Positions 16,633-30,479 of a DNA stretch of 64,000 nucleotides are shown here, piece after piece (the first letter of the stretch is position 1; each line of letters begins with the position of its first letter). Source of the stretch: the human T2T-CHM13v2.0 reference genome, Homo sapiens; the NCBI RefSeq assembly GCF_009914755.1, contig NC_060937.1; one strand, 5' to 3'. The position numbers were made by a program, and so were the translations under genes. The notes beneath the pieces are model-generated. The model did no database searches. It was not told where the DNA came from and saw only the letters and a program-made list of their open reading frames with translations.

Positions 16633-19364
16633 GTGTTGCTTGTGGCTCAGCTGTCATGGGCTGGGAGTTTCAGAAGTCCTCCTGAGCAGTGTTGTGGGTC
16701 CAGACAACAAGATCTGCTGCTCTCAATTTGGGAAATTTTAAAGGAATTTCCTCTTGCAGGCTAACAAGCCCAGCTGACTGACAGAGGGAAGCACTCTGAG
16801 TATTTTAGTATGGACACTTAGAGGCTTGTTTGTAATTGTGTGTCGTGTGTGTGTCCAGGCAAGTGAGTGTGTTTTGTGGCTACCAGATAGTGCAATCTGC
16901 TTCTCTGAAATTGGAAAATTCTGAAGGAATTTCCATTTACAGGTTGAAAAAGCCCAACATATTGAGAGGAATGGACCCTGACTGTTTCAGTTTGGACACT
17001 CTTGGGGATTGTCTGTTGCTGCAGAAGTTGCATTGCATTTTGGTGATTGTGTGTGTGTGTGCGTGTGTGTGAATATAGGTTATGGGAAATTAGAATTTGC
17101 TAAACTGATACTTTTTTGTAATGCTTTTTGGCCCCAGTATTCTTTGGAATTTGGAGTTTGCTGTTGAATTAAAAAGTGAGATGAATTTCTATGTCTTCAG
17201 GCTTTTATGTTGCTGTTTTAAGCAAGGTTGGGCCTCCTTATTAGGGTCCAAGTGATATCCTTCTGTGGTGCTGTTTGGCTCCAGTGTTCTTTGGAGTCTG
17301 GGAAAGTTTGGTCATCAAAAATTAAACTGTCATGGAAACGGCTTTACCAAAAAGTTTAGTTCACACCCTTCGCTGGGTAGCCTACTGGGGTGAAACAAAT
17401 ATGTAGCCATGTAAACTGGTGAGTTTGTATGACTATCTCATGGCTACAGTTCTGAGATAAAAGCCACTGGATCTTTGTTTTTATGTGTGTATACATTCTA
17501 TATGTATTTATGTATGTACATTTATTATGTTAAATGTTGTATCTACCAAATCGGCTTATAAATGAAAGATCACTTACAAATTAAGTAAGCCTAAAGTATT
17601 TTTCAAGTCCCCATGACATAAGTAAACCTTTAATAAACAATCTGGCTTTAAAATTATTGATAAAATATAAATAGAAGTATCTTCAGAATTGTCAGAATGC
17701 ATCTTGGTCTGGTTTATGTTTGTCTCTGCTAGATATTTTGAGGTACCAGGGTTTGGCATAGAAGGTTATAAAATGATAACTCCAGCCAAAAGGAACTAAT
17801 CTTGGTTTATGTCTCTTATTTGACAAATGAGACTAATTTAATGGTGTTAGCTGAATCTTCTGCATTATTGCCAAAAATACCTGTGTATTCAATGTTAAGG
17901 TTCTTACTTAGGTGAGGATTTGATGTTCACTGTCTATAAAAAAACAGTTAACAAGGAAATAGCTAACTTTAAATGAAGACAAGCTGTGTCTAATATCACA
18001 ATTTTCAAAAGTAACTAGAACTTAAAAATGAAAAAAATGAGTGCATGTAAGTGAGATAAATGTTGTAGGTAAACTTTTTATGTAATTTAAAATCTTAAAC
18101 TTGTTTTGGATTTTATAATCGATGCTCATTGGATATCTGGGGCATTTACAATTAAGAAAAGTTTATGATATGGGGAAATATGTCTCTAAAAATTGTGGAA
18201 TGGTTCCCATCAATAAAATGCTAATATCTAATAGCCAGTTCAGGATTTCTTCCTAAGTTTTCACTATTGAGGTTACTAAGGAGAAGAATTATATATTCTG
18301 GTTAATATATAATTTTGTATATAAAATATGCCAAAGATGTGTTTTTATAGAGAAAAAGAATCATTTTACTAATTTATAAGTTATCAAAAGGTTAATTCAA
18401 ATTATGTATTAGAAAAGGTTATTTATGAAACAGGGTAGTAAGGAACCAGTAAATATTGAAGAGAGATGTAAACACAGTTATGGATATGAAGATGTGTTTT
18501 TGTTAAGGAACACAGGTTATAAAGGTTATAAAGAAAAACGTAGTTTTGCTTGTGAAAAGATCATGTGTGGTGAATTCTTCTCCTAAAGTAAAATGACTGG
18601 ATTACTGGTTGTTTATTAAAAAAAAAATAAATAAAAGAAAAAAAAAAGAAAAGAAAGAAAATTTAGGACAAAACAGAATGTTCAAGGATATCATAGAGGG
18701 TCTGTGTAAGTCATATGCAGTTTTTATCCTGTTTCTCCATGTGTCTATATTCATGCATGTACAAAGAAAATAGGGAGTGGAAAAAGTTTAGGTAATAAGA
18801 TATTATCTAAAGCCTGATAGAAAATTGGTGAAATACGGTTGATTAATATTGCTTATAGTTAAGGCTCTTTGTCTTGATGAAGGTAAAATAAGAAATATAA
18901 TAAATAAATACATTGGCAGTTTGGCATTCTTTTTTAATATCATTAAACATTCAGCTAGGTTTAGTGTGGAGCCAAATTTCTCATAAATACTTGCATTGCT
19001 TCACACTATATTTGCTATTCTGCATAGATAGTACTAGCACTAAGGTACTTACTGATCATGTATCTAAAATGAATTACTTAATTGCACAAAATATATAGTG
19101 TTATTGACGGACTTACAAGTCATTAAATTATATATCAGGAACAAAATATCCACCTTGTATTTTATTAGGCCCTGGGTGACACTTCAGCTTATAAGGTAAA
19201 CTGAGTAGGGGGAAAAATTGGGGGTTCATTTCCTGTTTATTTGTTTTTGCTTCTAGTTTTCATTTATGTGCTGTTTGTTCTCCCTTGAGTTTTACTTATA
19301 TATACATATATAAAACCATTGATTTATTTTAGTTTCCAATAAAGGCTTTTATTGGGTTCCATGA

Positions 19365-19715
<351 letters not shown>

Positions 19716-20530
19716 AATTTGCTCTATTTATCTAAAGTTTGTAAGCTACCTTTTTCAAGCCTCCAAAAATTAATAAAGGACACCAGCTATTTAAAATTTG
19801 GTTGGTTTTGCTTAACTCTGATTATCTAGAGAGCCACAAGAGCTTTAATGTTCCTAGCAAAAAAAAAAAAAAAAAGACTTTTTTCTACAAGTTCTGAACA
19901 GAGGTAGTACCTTATTTATTTTGTTATTTGAAAAGGTGGATGATAATTAAAATGTTTAAATGGTGTTTATTTCCAAGGTTATTCAGTCTAATCAATAATT
20001 GGAGTTGATTTTCATATATTTTCCTTCAGATAATGAGGAAACACTGTGACATGGGTACAAACTTTTAATGATTGGTCTCATCCTTAAGGAAATCATATTG
20101 AATGGGATTAATCTCAAACTAATTTAGTTGTGGTGACCATTCTTAAATTAAGTGGTATTCACTTGGATTAGGTAGTAATAGGCATATGTGAGACTTACTA
20201 GTGATTTTTGATCCCAAGCCATTTATCACTGATGGACCTTTATGTGTATACTTGAAAACAAAATGTGTACAATTGTTGCACTAGTTTGAAGATATTAATG
20301 GCAAAAGTTACCTAATCAGTTGTCAGTACTGTATCTATAAATCAATTTTGGAAATGTGTGATCATGCTCTTTTAAATAGCCGAAAATAAGTTACTGTGTG
20401 GTTGTTCTTACTTTGTTTCTGTTTTGTAGTATAATATTTAAGTGGAAGGACATTATTTCTCCTCATATTTAATTTCTGATATTTGCATTTACTGTTCTTT
20501 AATGATGGAGAGAAAAGTTAGTTGTCTTAC

Positions 20531-21559
20531 TGACACAGTATTTTTCTCAGACCCTATGACAGACTCACAACAGGGGCGCCCCCCTCTACTTGGCCTGCTA
20601 CACTCAACCTCTTGCAGGAGGGAACATGTGAGCAAGTGAGTGTGGGACCTGGCAAGCCAGTCTGGGCACCGACACGGGCACAAACTCTGTGCATGTCCCA
20701 CGGCCAGACCAGACGTGAATATGTGAGTGTGGGATCTAGCCGGTTGCTCTGGGTGCTAGCTGGAGCAAGCTCCATACGGGACCCATGGCAGCACCCAGGT
20801 GTGGGTGCCTGCAACGCCGAAGCCCCAGAGGGGGTGTTACAGTGCTCTCTTAGTTCTGCTGTCTGCAGACCGCAGTGTGTTAGCGGCTCAGTTTGCTCCT
20901 GGCGGTGGCACCCTAGTGAGGATGCCCATGACCCCAAGGCCCCAGAGAGGGTGTTACAGTGCTCTCTTAGTTACACCATCCATGGACAGCAGTGTGTTAG
21001 AAACTCAGTAGGCCCCTTGCCTTATTGCATGGGGTGGCCATCCTCCACCAGCAGGGACAAAGGGCTGGTGTGTTGGCTTTTCTGGATAGCCATACACAGG
21101 GGTCCTGAGCTCTTGTGTAGTGTCCAAGAAGAATGAGGTTGCACAGACAACTGAAGGGAAGATAATTTTATTAAGCAATGAAAATGGCTCTCAGTGGAGA
21201 GGCAAGCTGCAGAGGAGACTGTACGGGCTGGTCATTTTCCCCCATAGTCAGGTTGTCTCTTCCATAGTCCAGCCATCTCTTCCCTGAAGTCCAGCCATCT
21301 CACTGAAGTCTGGCCATCTTCCCCTCTACCAAATGAGTCTGGGGTCTTCATAGGCACAGGATGGGGGCAGGAGGGCTGTAGGTAGTTTTGGAAAAAGCAA
21401 CATTCAATTCATAAAAATACATTATTTAGGGATAGAGTGGGCAAACAGGAATAGAATTTCTCACTTCGGGGTGTGGGTTTCAGGCATGGATTGAAGGTGG
21501 GGTTTCACTGGGGACCCAACCTTGTCTGCCTAGAATTTCTCTGCCTCTTACCTCTATCA
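20531..21559 (-). mobile_element. Solo ERV1 LTR (LTR1/LTR27/MER61/MER52 group) nested antisense in the provirus
   Basis: Minus strand starts TGATAGAGGTAAGAGGCAGAGAAATTCTAGGCAG and ends GAAAAATACTGTGTCA; 4-bp TSD TTAC (20527-20530 / 21560-21563); GC-rich. Confidence 0.88.
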
Positions 21560-23764
21560 TTACTTTGATAAGATTGGCAAAGAACCTATTAATTTTTGAT
21601 GCTTTTTGTCACAGTTCTGTCACTAGAATGCTAGCAGTTAGACATATGCAAGGAGTAATCTGACCACTTTAATACAATGAAGTGCCGCAGGCAGTCACTA
21701 CGGGACACCAAATCATAGTGTTTTAATTTGTAATATATTAGACAGAATGATAGGATTTTCTGTAGTATAAATATCCTATTAACTAATCCTTGTGCTATTA
21801 AGTTACGGGGCTTTGACTCCTGGGTCTGAAAAAGTCACTGCTAAATCTTGAGCATTGACACTACTCGAATTCTTGTCTTCAGACCCAGGAGAACATGACA
21901 ATCAAAATGAACTGTTTTCTTGAGACACAGGGCCAGAAATTAAAACCATTCAATTGAGGCTCAAGGACTATTGTAGAAAAGGTGGGCATGTGAGATTGTA
22001 AGAACCGATTTTGAGGGATAAGATTAGTTCAGAATTTTTCTATGAATTAAACATTAATATCAAAAGCACACTGATTCAAGGCCCAAGTCTGAGCTCATGT
22101 GTCATAATAGTAGGGTTTTCTTGGAGTATTGATCTACTCTTTAATAAAGAATTGTAAAAGGTTATTAAAAGTTTATGGATATCTTACCTTATGATCAAAC
22201 TGATTTTAAGTAAATAGACATGTTTATAAAATTTTATTGAAATTAACTTTCACATTAATAATATATCATACAAAGGTAACATTTTTATTTTCACTTTTGA
22301 ATATAATGTTTGTGTAATATTACTAAGAGATACAATATTTTTGTTTACCTTTTATGTGAACTGCAGGGAAAAAGTGGAGGGGGGAGAGACAGATTTATTT
22401 GACCTCATACTGTCTTTATTAGATCTTATTGTTTGGGAACCTGAATCTTCTATTAAAAGGTAAACATTTCAGTTTTATCATTTTGGCTAAATGAATGACT
22501 ATTTTATAATGACTTATGATCCTATTTTGTGATTTCAAGTGTCTTAATACTTTGATATTTGTCAAACTTCCCAAGAGCAAAATTTCAAGTTCTAAATTCA
22601 GTCTTTTTTACCTCAAAATAACTATTTTGGATATTAGGTTTCCTGAAGTCCAAGGGAGATATATGAGTCTTATTGGTTATGTTAGAATTATTCATCAAGC
22701 ATTATCAAATCTGAGATGGCATTTAGTTTCCTTTAGGTTATATTTATACAGATGTTTTGTTAATATGTATTCCAAGATTGTAGGATATTCATAAAAATCT
22801 GACATGTCTTAATATGTTGTCAGTAATAATTATGATGATCATGTTAAATTGTTGTATGCCACAGAAATCTAATTTTATTGTCAACTGTGTCTTTTTGACT
22901 ATGGCTGACTAAAGACTTTTGTCATCCGCAATTGTTGTTTTGCTTTGATCCTTCTCAGGAAGACGCTTATAATCAGCTGCTGTCCAGGGCTTGCTTCTTT
23001 GAGGAAGTTCATGAAAATGACTCCTGAATGCAGGTTTCTGATAATTTTGGAGATTGTGTCATTGGACAAGAAAGAAAATTTCCAGGGTACTAATTAAAAG
23101 GCTTATGTGTTAATGGAGATTGCTAACCATATGAATCAGAGCAGGAGTTGATTGAATGGATTGAACTGATAGAGGATTGAAATAATTTTTTGTTTGAAAC
23201 ATTGATGATTCTTCAGAGTCTTTGGATAACCTTTTTTCTTTTGAGCTATTTATAGCCTTTAACAATTGAGTATACTATTATAAACATAATTTGAGGCATT
23301 TTTCTCCATTTGCCTAATTTCTCCAGAATTTGTAAATTATTTGTATTTATGAATATTTTTAATTAATATAACTTCTTTGAATAATTCATTAAGAATCTAT
23401 TTTCTAACAGGATACAAGTGAAGGTACTGGTTATTTGCCCAGGGCTTTGACTGAAATGGTCTTGTGAGAGGTCTAGCAAGGCCAGTTTAGGACAGCCTAT
23501 GTGGACAATCAGTCTTGCTGCATTTTGTGTGGGTAATTAGGCCAAATATATGGGACTGCAGCTTACTTTGCAGGTAGGTTGATCCTGCTGTGATTTGTCT
23601 TTGGTGGAAGTGGGGGGCTGGAGAGAGAAAGATTGTGTTTCAGAAGAAAACTAGTCACTCATGCTATGGAGCTTCCCACAATGCCCCTCCTCAGCATGAA
23701 GAAGCCAGAAAAATTGACAACAGATTCACCATGGTTGAAGAATGGATAAATAGAAAAAAGGGGC

Positions 23765-24203
23765 TGAAACCAACCCAAATGTCCCATAGACTCTTTTTGT
23801 TTTTATTTTCATAAACATAGAAATTGACTCTTCTGGTTTTAAATCTTGAAACTTATGCCAGTTTTATCTGGGTTCTTTCCTCAGAAATGGACCTTCAGGA
23901 TTATTAAAAAGTATCAAAGAACTGAAACTTGCATCCAGGCAATAATATGCTGGGCCCCTCATCCATGATTGCTTCCTAACCCCACCTGAGTTCCTGTTTT
24001 TTTCATGCATAGTTACATTTCTTCCTTGCTAAATAAACCCATACTTTTAGTTCATCAGTGAAATGGACCTAAGACTGATTTCCCATTTATTTGGGTGCAG
24101 TACCTGATTAGCTTCTTCCCTGTTAATGCTCATCATTTCAGTGATTGGCTTTCTGTGCTGAGAGCAGCGGGACCTAGACTGAAACCCTGGCATTTAGATA
24201 ACA
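23765..24203 (+). mobile_element. 3' LTR of the MER4-group provirus
   Basis: tgaaaccaaccc...gataaca; colinear with 16174-16609; followed by CTTT TSD (24204-24207). Confidence 0.9.
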
Positions 24204-24444
24204 CTTTAATGGCAGTATTCTTTTTCTTACCCTCTGCCATTAGTGAGCCAGTCCTTGGACTCTATTTCTCCTTACATGCATCTATTACTATTTATTTATT
24301 TATTTTTAATTTTAAGCTACTAAATGTCTCTGTAACCTCAAACCTTTGATGAGTTTAAGAAGTCCTTTTTTTTTTTTTTTAGATTATTGTGCCTTTGATG
24401 TTGTTATTTCCATAGAAATAATACCTCTTCCAGCTTTATACTTG

Positions 24445-24996
24445 CAGGGCTCTCTAGAGGGACAAAACTAATAGGATATATGTATATATGAAAGGGAGTT
24501 TATTAAGGATAATTGACATACATGATAACAAGATAACCTCCTACGATAGTCCATCTACAAGTTGAGGAGCAAAGAAACCAGTGGTGGATCACTTTGAGTC
24601 CCAAAACCTCAAAAGTAGGGAAGCCGACAGTGCAGCCTTCAGTCTCTGGCCAAAGGCCCAAGAGCCTCTGGTAAACCACTGGTGCAAGTCCAAGAATCCA
24701 AAAGCTGAAAAACTGGGAGTCTAATGTTTGAGGGCAGGAAGCATACAGTATGGGAGAAAGATGAAAGCCAGAAGACTCAGCAAATCAAGTCCTTCCAACT
24801 TCTTTCTGCTTGTTTTATTCTAGCCGTGCTGGCTGCTGATTAGATGGTGCCCACCAAGATTGATGGTGGGTTTGCCTTTCCCAGTCCACTGATTCAAATA
24901 TTAATCTCCTTTGGCAACACCCTCGCGGACATACCCAGACACAATACTTTGCATTCTTCAATCCAATCAAGTTGACACTGAATATTAATCATCACA
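24445..24996 (-). mobile_element. MLT2A2-type (HERVL) solo LTR
   Basis: tctctagagggacaaaactaataggata, aaaagtagggaagccgacagtgcagccttcagtct, caatccaatcaagttgacac...atcatcaca; ~550 bp. Confidence 0.88.
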
Positions 24997-26469
24997 CTAC
25001 TTCTTAGGCAAAAGTTGGAATCCTGATTTATATTTTAACTTCTATAATTTCATTTATTGCTATAATATACTCATTGGGTACTCTCTTGTAGGTTCCTTCA
25101 TTTTAATAATGTAATTTATATTCTAGTTTTCCCAAATTATCAACAGTTTTAAGAATCTTTTACAAAAACTTCCTCTCACTCACTAGTATGATTCCCTTAG
25201 AGAGATAATCTATCAGTCTAAAATACAACTCAATTCTTGATGTGTTTTCTTTTCTGTCTAGTATCTGTAGTGAGTGTTTCATCTTATATTCCTTCCTTTA
25301 GCATCTTAAGTCTATAAATTTGCCAGGCACATGGATTACAGAAAGAGCTATTTATGCTTCCAAAACTGGAATCATTGGATTTATTTTAAATTCCCCAAAT
25401 AAGGCATAAAGTAGTCTGTGCTGATGCCTTCAAATCTAGACATATCCATACTGAATGGTTTTCTGACAACTCTTAGTATTGATTCTGCCACTGCAGCTTT
25501 AAAAAGTTCTGTCGATTTTCATTCGTCAGGGCTACTTCTGGGAAAGACTTTTCAGTTTGTTTACAAACTCTTTCTTACTCGATCTATTCCATATTACTCT
25601 GCTTTCTAGCAGTACTCCAAGATTTATTATAAGTTTAAAATTTACCTTTATAAAAACTGCTTATTTGTAGAAGCAAACAGCAAATATATTTAGAAGCAAA
25701 GATAGAACTAGAACAAGAAAGACCCAACTTTGTAAACCTAATGTAAAAGCTGGCTAAAGTCAGGATAGTAGATGGATGCAAAACTAATGGGTGTAAATTT
25801 ACTGACTAATGATGTATTTAAAAGAAAAAAATGAACTTTTGCAATGAGCTAGTTATGGCAGTTAGTATCTCATTCAAGTTGCCAAACAGTATCACCAATA
25901 GTGGTAAATGATAATTAAGATTGATCAATTAATATGGAACTATTTTAACAGTTTTTTTAAGTTTGAGGAAATTATACTATTGTTTTTAAAAAAACAAAGA
26001 TAAATAATGGATACCATCACGCTGAAAATGATGATTCCACATGACATTACCTAATCAGAGCATCAGCTTCTGAGTTGCCTTTTAAGACCATAATACAAGG
26101 TGATGGTGGGAGTGGATGCTTTAGGCTCAACAGTTATGCATCAATGGCAAGGAGAGGGCTGCTTAAGACAATGGCAAGTGGAGCATGTAATCATAAAATT
26201 GATCCACATTTTATGCTCATGCTTCTCTGGTAGTGTGTATTTTTTTAATTGATTAACAGTAGTAAACCTGCTGTGTGTATGAATATATATGTGTATATAC
26301 ATTATATATGTGTATACACATAAATAATAAGAGTGGGAGAAACAGAGTTTTTTAAACCAAAAATGGAAAGCAAACCCCAATTGAGCAAATTTTATGATGT
26401 GAGTCTGAAAATGTATCTAAAAGAGTGTGGGAAAACTTCAAGAGTTGCATCTTCAAATGATGTGGTATA

Positions 26470-26494
26470 CGTGTGTGTGTGTGTGTGTGTGTGT
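26470..26494. repeat. (TG)n microsatellite
   Basis: gtgtgtgtgtgtgtgtgtgtgtgt. Confidence 0.9.
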
Positions 26495-26514
26495 ACGTAT
26501 ATATGCATGTGTCT

Positions 26515-27580
26515 ATTCATATATATTTTTGCTTCCCTCCAGTTCTCTTCGTTCATTCTGAATTCCAATTACACAGATTTCAGACTCTTTAATAATATCT
26601 AACTGATTCTATGGCTCTGTTCATTTTCATTTATATTTGTGTGTGTTTGTGTCTGTGTATGTGTCTGTGTGTGTGGTGGTGGTGGTGGTGGTTGTTTTTA
26701 TTGCTCTTCCTTCAAGGTCACTTTCTCTTTCCCTTGTCATCTCCATTAAGGCTTATATTCATCTAGTGAATTTACTATTTCAGAGATGGTACTTTTCACA
26801 TCTAAGTTACATTTACATTTGCTTCCTCCTTATAATATGTAGATATATTAAGAATTCATATCTTTCCTTAATTATGAGCATATTGTGATCTTATAGTAGT
26901 TATATTTGCTATTTTAACATTAATGTCTGCTATTTACAATATCGAGGTTATCTTGTTATTGGTTTCATTTTTTTCCTTTTGAGAATGTTTCCCATTTTCC
27001 CAGTTTTTCTTATATAAAGTAATTTTAGATGGATTCTTCAAAATTATGAATAGAAACTTGGAAAGACAGAAGATCATGTCATTTTTCTCCGTTGAGAGTT
27101 GTTTCTGTTTAGCATTCAACTGTCTTCACTGGACACAAATCAAACCTGTTTATTGGCCCCATCCACTGTCTCATTTTAGGTATATAATTTTTTGCTGAGT
27201 TTTTTTCTTAAATCTGTTCCACACATGCATAGTTCAGGGGTCAGAGAGAGCTATAGTAGAGATAATTTCCCATCTCTTTTTTTTTTTCTTTTCTCCAATT
27301 TTCACAACTTTTTCCTCTTTTTGCAGCAACCACTGATTCCCTATTTTCAGTTCTCTAATTTTCCAGGCAACAATGACGGGATTTCCACTGCTGCCTGATA
27401 TACTGCAATATGCAGAATCTCCAGATAAAATCCACAAAAAATTGAATTCTACTTCATAAAAATCCCCTTCTCTGAGCATGTACCTGCACCAAAATATGAC
27501 AAATTCTTTTTTAACCAGTGCTGTCTTATATCATATCAAATTTCGCAGTGGTTTTCTGAAGGCAGCCATTTCAGTCAGAT
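26515..27580 (-). mobile_element. Very old L1ME-type fragments
   Basis: T-rich antisense L1 motifs (ttcaaggtcactttctc, atctagtgaatttactatttt, catgcatagttcaggggtcag). Confidence 0.5.
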
Positions 27581-29059
27581 CTTATTCATTAATGGGTTAT
27601 GTCCTGTCAATATTATTTTCTGATTATGTGGTATATTAGACTTATTGTGGTCCAGGCTTTTAAAATGATTCTTTGGACAGTAATGCTTCAGACCTTTACT
27701 TTATGTATGTCACTGAAACTAATCTTCAAATATGGTTGCATTGTTCTTTGACCAGAATATTCTCACCTTTCTGTGATCAGCAACAACCCCATTGTACATC
27801 TAGCATTGTTTTATAATCTCTATTTGCTTAAGTATTAATTCCAGTAAAGCATATGCATCTTACAATTCAGAAACATACTTTATTATTTCTCTATATCACC
27901 AAGGTCTATCTAAGTCCTCATTCATAAAGAGTAGCTAATATATGTATGTTGGATGAATGAAAGGATTAAGATGAGTAAAATTAAACTAAACCATTCTGTG
28001 ATCTCCTCTGTTGCTCCCTTGTTGATAGGGAACTTATTTGGTGTAAGTCTTGCCTCTGGATCTGAGAAAATTTGGAATATTATGTCAAGAAAATCATCCT
28101 GGAAGCTAAATGAATGCTAAAGTTAAATGGAAACATATTGATAAAGTGAATTTAAAAAATAGTTGGGGAAGGTGATTTTTCTGAAAGATATTCAAAACTT
28201 GCAAAATATTACTAAATGTTTCAAGAAACCCTTCAGCTATCAAGAGAAGCACTCCTCTGGTAACTTGAAGAAATATGCATCCTTCAAGTGCTACATTATT
28301 CACATTGGAAGAAACAGCTTCATAAATAAATCACAAGGCAGAAATGCAGAGTTTTTAATCTATGACAAATAAGGATGTTCTGCACATTCTATAGTAGACA
28401 CGTTTTTTTGGTGCTGCTTAGCATTTCGTAAAATATCCGACTCATTACCTGTCCTAGAGTCTCAGCCTTGAACAATGCAACATCAAAACAGCTCTTTGTA
28501 GACTCTTCTAGTTACTATTTCAGTCTAAAGATCACTAAGGACTTAAAAAATGCAGTATTTCATGTTATTTCACCTTTAATACTTCTCACTGAGATGTGTA
28601 TTATGTGGGTGTGAAAATGGTCATTATTACTTTTTATCTAATTATGTTAATTTGAAGTATATTTTAAGACATTCTTCTGCCCTCTTTAAAAATATAGTAA
28701 GAAAAACTAATAATAGATTCATATTCAGTATATAGTTGTGATACTCTGTGCTAGATACTATTGTAGATATTAGAGACTTATAAAATATGGCCTTCACTCA
28801 GGGGAATTATAATTGATTCAGAAAATACTATAGAATACAAAATATGTCCCAGTTATATTAATAAGAAAGACTACATTGACAAAAAGATTGGAAAGTATTG
28901 AAGGACTTGATAGGATAATAGATATCACCTATGATCCCTTTTCTTGAGGAATGTTAGCACTGTAAATCATTTTGTATACCAATGTTTTTTACACAAGATG
29001 TTATGTTTGGAGCTTATAACTTTTTTTAATTTTGTAACTTATTTCATCTAGTTTTTATA

Positions 29060-29165
29060 TCCCAATTAGCCTGATTATTACACATTTTATAATATACAAA
29101 TATCAAAATATTACACATACCTCAAAAATATGTACAACTATTATACATCCATTTAAAGAAGAAAA
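29060..29165 (+). mobile_element. L1MA-type extreme 3' end
   Basis: tatcaaaatattacacatacctcaaaaatatgtacaactattatacatccatttaaa. Confidence 0.6.
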
Positions 29166-29190
29166 GTGTTAACTACATAGATTTATGTAA

Positions 29191-29474
29191 TTTTTTTTTT
29201 TTTTTTTGAGACGGAGTCTCACTCTGCTGCCCAGGCTGGAGTGCAGTGGCACAATCTCGGCTCACTGCAAGCTCCGCCTCCCGGGTTCAGGGCATTCTCC
29301 TTCCTCAGGCTTCTGAGTAGCTGGGACTACAGGCGCCCGCTAATTTTTGTATTTTTAGTAGAGACGGGGTTTCACCTTGTTAGCCAGGATGGTCTCGATC
29401 ACCTGACCTTGTGATCCGCCTGCCTCGGCCTCCCAAAGTGCTGGGATTACAGGTGTGAGCCACCGAACCCGGCC
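29191..29474 (-). mobile_element. AluY with ~13-nt deletion at the start of the right monomer
   Basis: caagctccgcc and ttagccaggatggtctcgatc diagnostics; reads ggcgcccgc|taattttt, lacking caccacgcccggc. Confidence 0.92.
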
Positions 29475-30479
29475 AATGTAATATTTTTTGAAATGTTATC
29501 TCTGCCTTTGTAGCTTCTCTGAAAAAAATATAATATTCAAAATATATTATTTTAAAAAATATAGACATTATTTATTTGTCATAAATACAATTATATTTTC
29601 ACTGATAATTATGGCATGTGAGAGGTAAAAATAATTTTATACATTCATATAAATCAGATATCCATTTACAAAATTTATCTAGTCAGAGCATATATCCTTT
29701 TCTACGTCCCGTGATTAAAAAAATAAAAATATATTGACGTATCTGCTAAGAGGATCAAACTCCGTAGTTACAGTCAATAATCACACTTGGCCCTACTTCT
29801 TACCACACTCATACAAGATAGCTTCAAGGATCTGAAGTAAAGTGACACTGGTGGCTATGTTGAAGAAAAAAGATTGTGATCATAATATGTTGGTTTGCTT
29901 TGTGTTTAAAAAAAAAAAAGCTAAAATATTTTTTGCAAACAATTTAGGCAGGTATACATGTCAAACTTTTGTTTTATTTTGCTGTAAGGTAATAAAGGTC
30001 TTAAGCAAGCAAATTAAATATTTTACTTTCATGAGGGTGACTTTATAAGACAAGATAAAGCCAAAACTTAGTTACTACAATTACTTGTTACTACGATAAT
30101 CTCTTTATCAATATAAACTTAAATTGTATGTTTCAATATTTGTAGCAAGTATGTGGGAGACATAGACTAAGATTAGCCCACTCTTTAATCTATACTTTTT
30201 GGTAAGTCCTCCGAAGTTCTATTTAAACATAGAAACCTGCAGTATATCACCCAGTCATATCTCTTGACTTGCGGAGAAATTCTACTAAGAAAGTGATTCT
30301 GACATCTGAGAGGTGTAAAAACAAGGTGCAAAAGATAAGTGTTACAATGTTCAAGTCCGTCACTGCAGTTGTCACTATAGTCAACCCTACTCTGGTGGTT
30401 CAGTGGCTCAATGACCTAAGCCATTTAATTTCCCCCTTCCCTTTGTTTTCTTAAAGTGTGTTTGATTTAACCTTCTTAT

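Noticed and set aside
20554-21136. Overlapping 127-174 aa ORFs
   Set aside because: Within a GC-rich LTR with internal repeats; no recognisable protein domain.
26028-26075. ATGATGA...CTGA resembling C/D box snoRNA boxes
   Set aside because: Only ~45 nt between boxes, no convincing terminal stem or recognisable guide; expected by chance.
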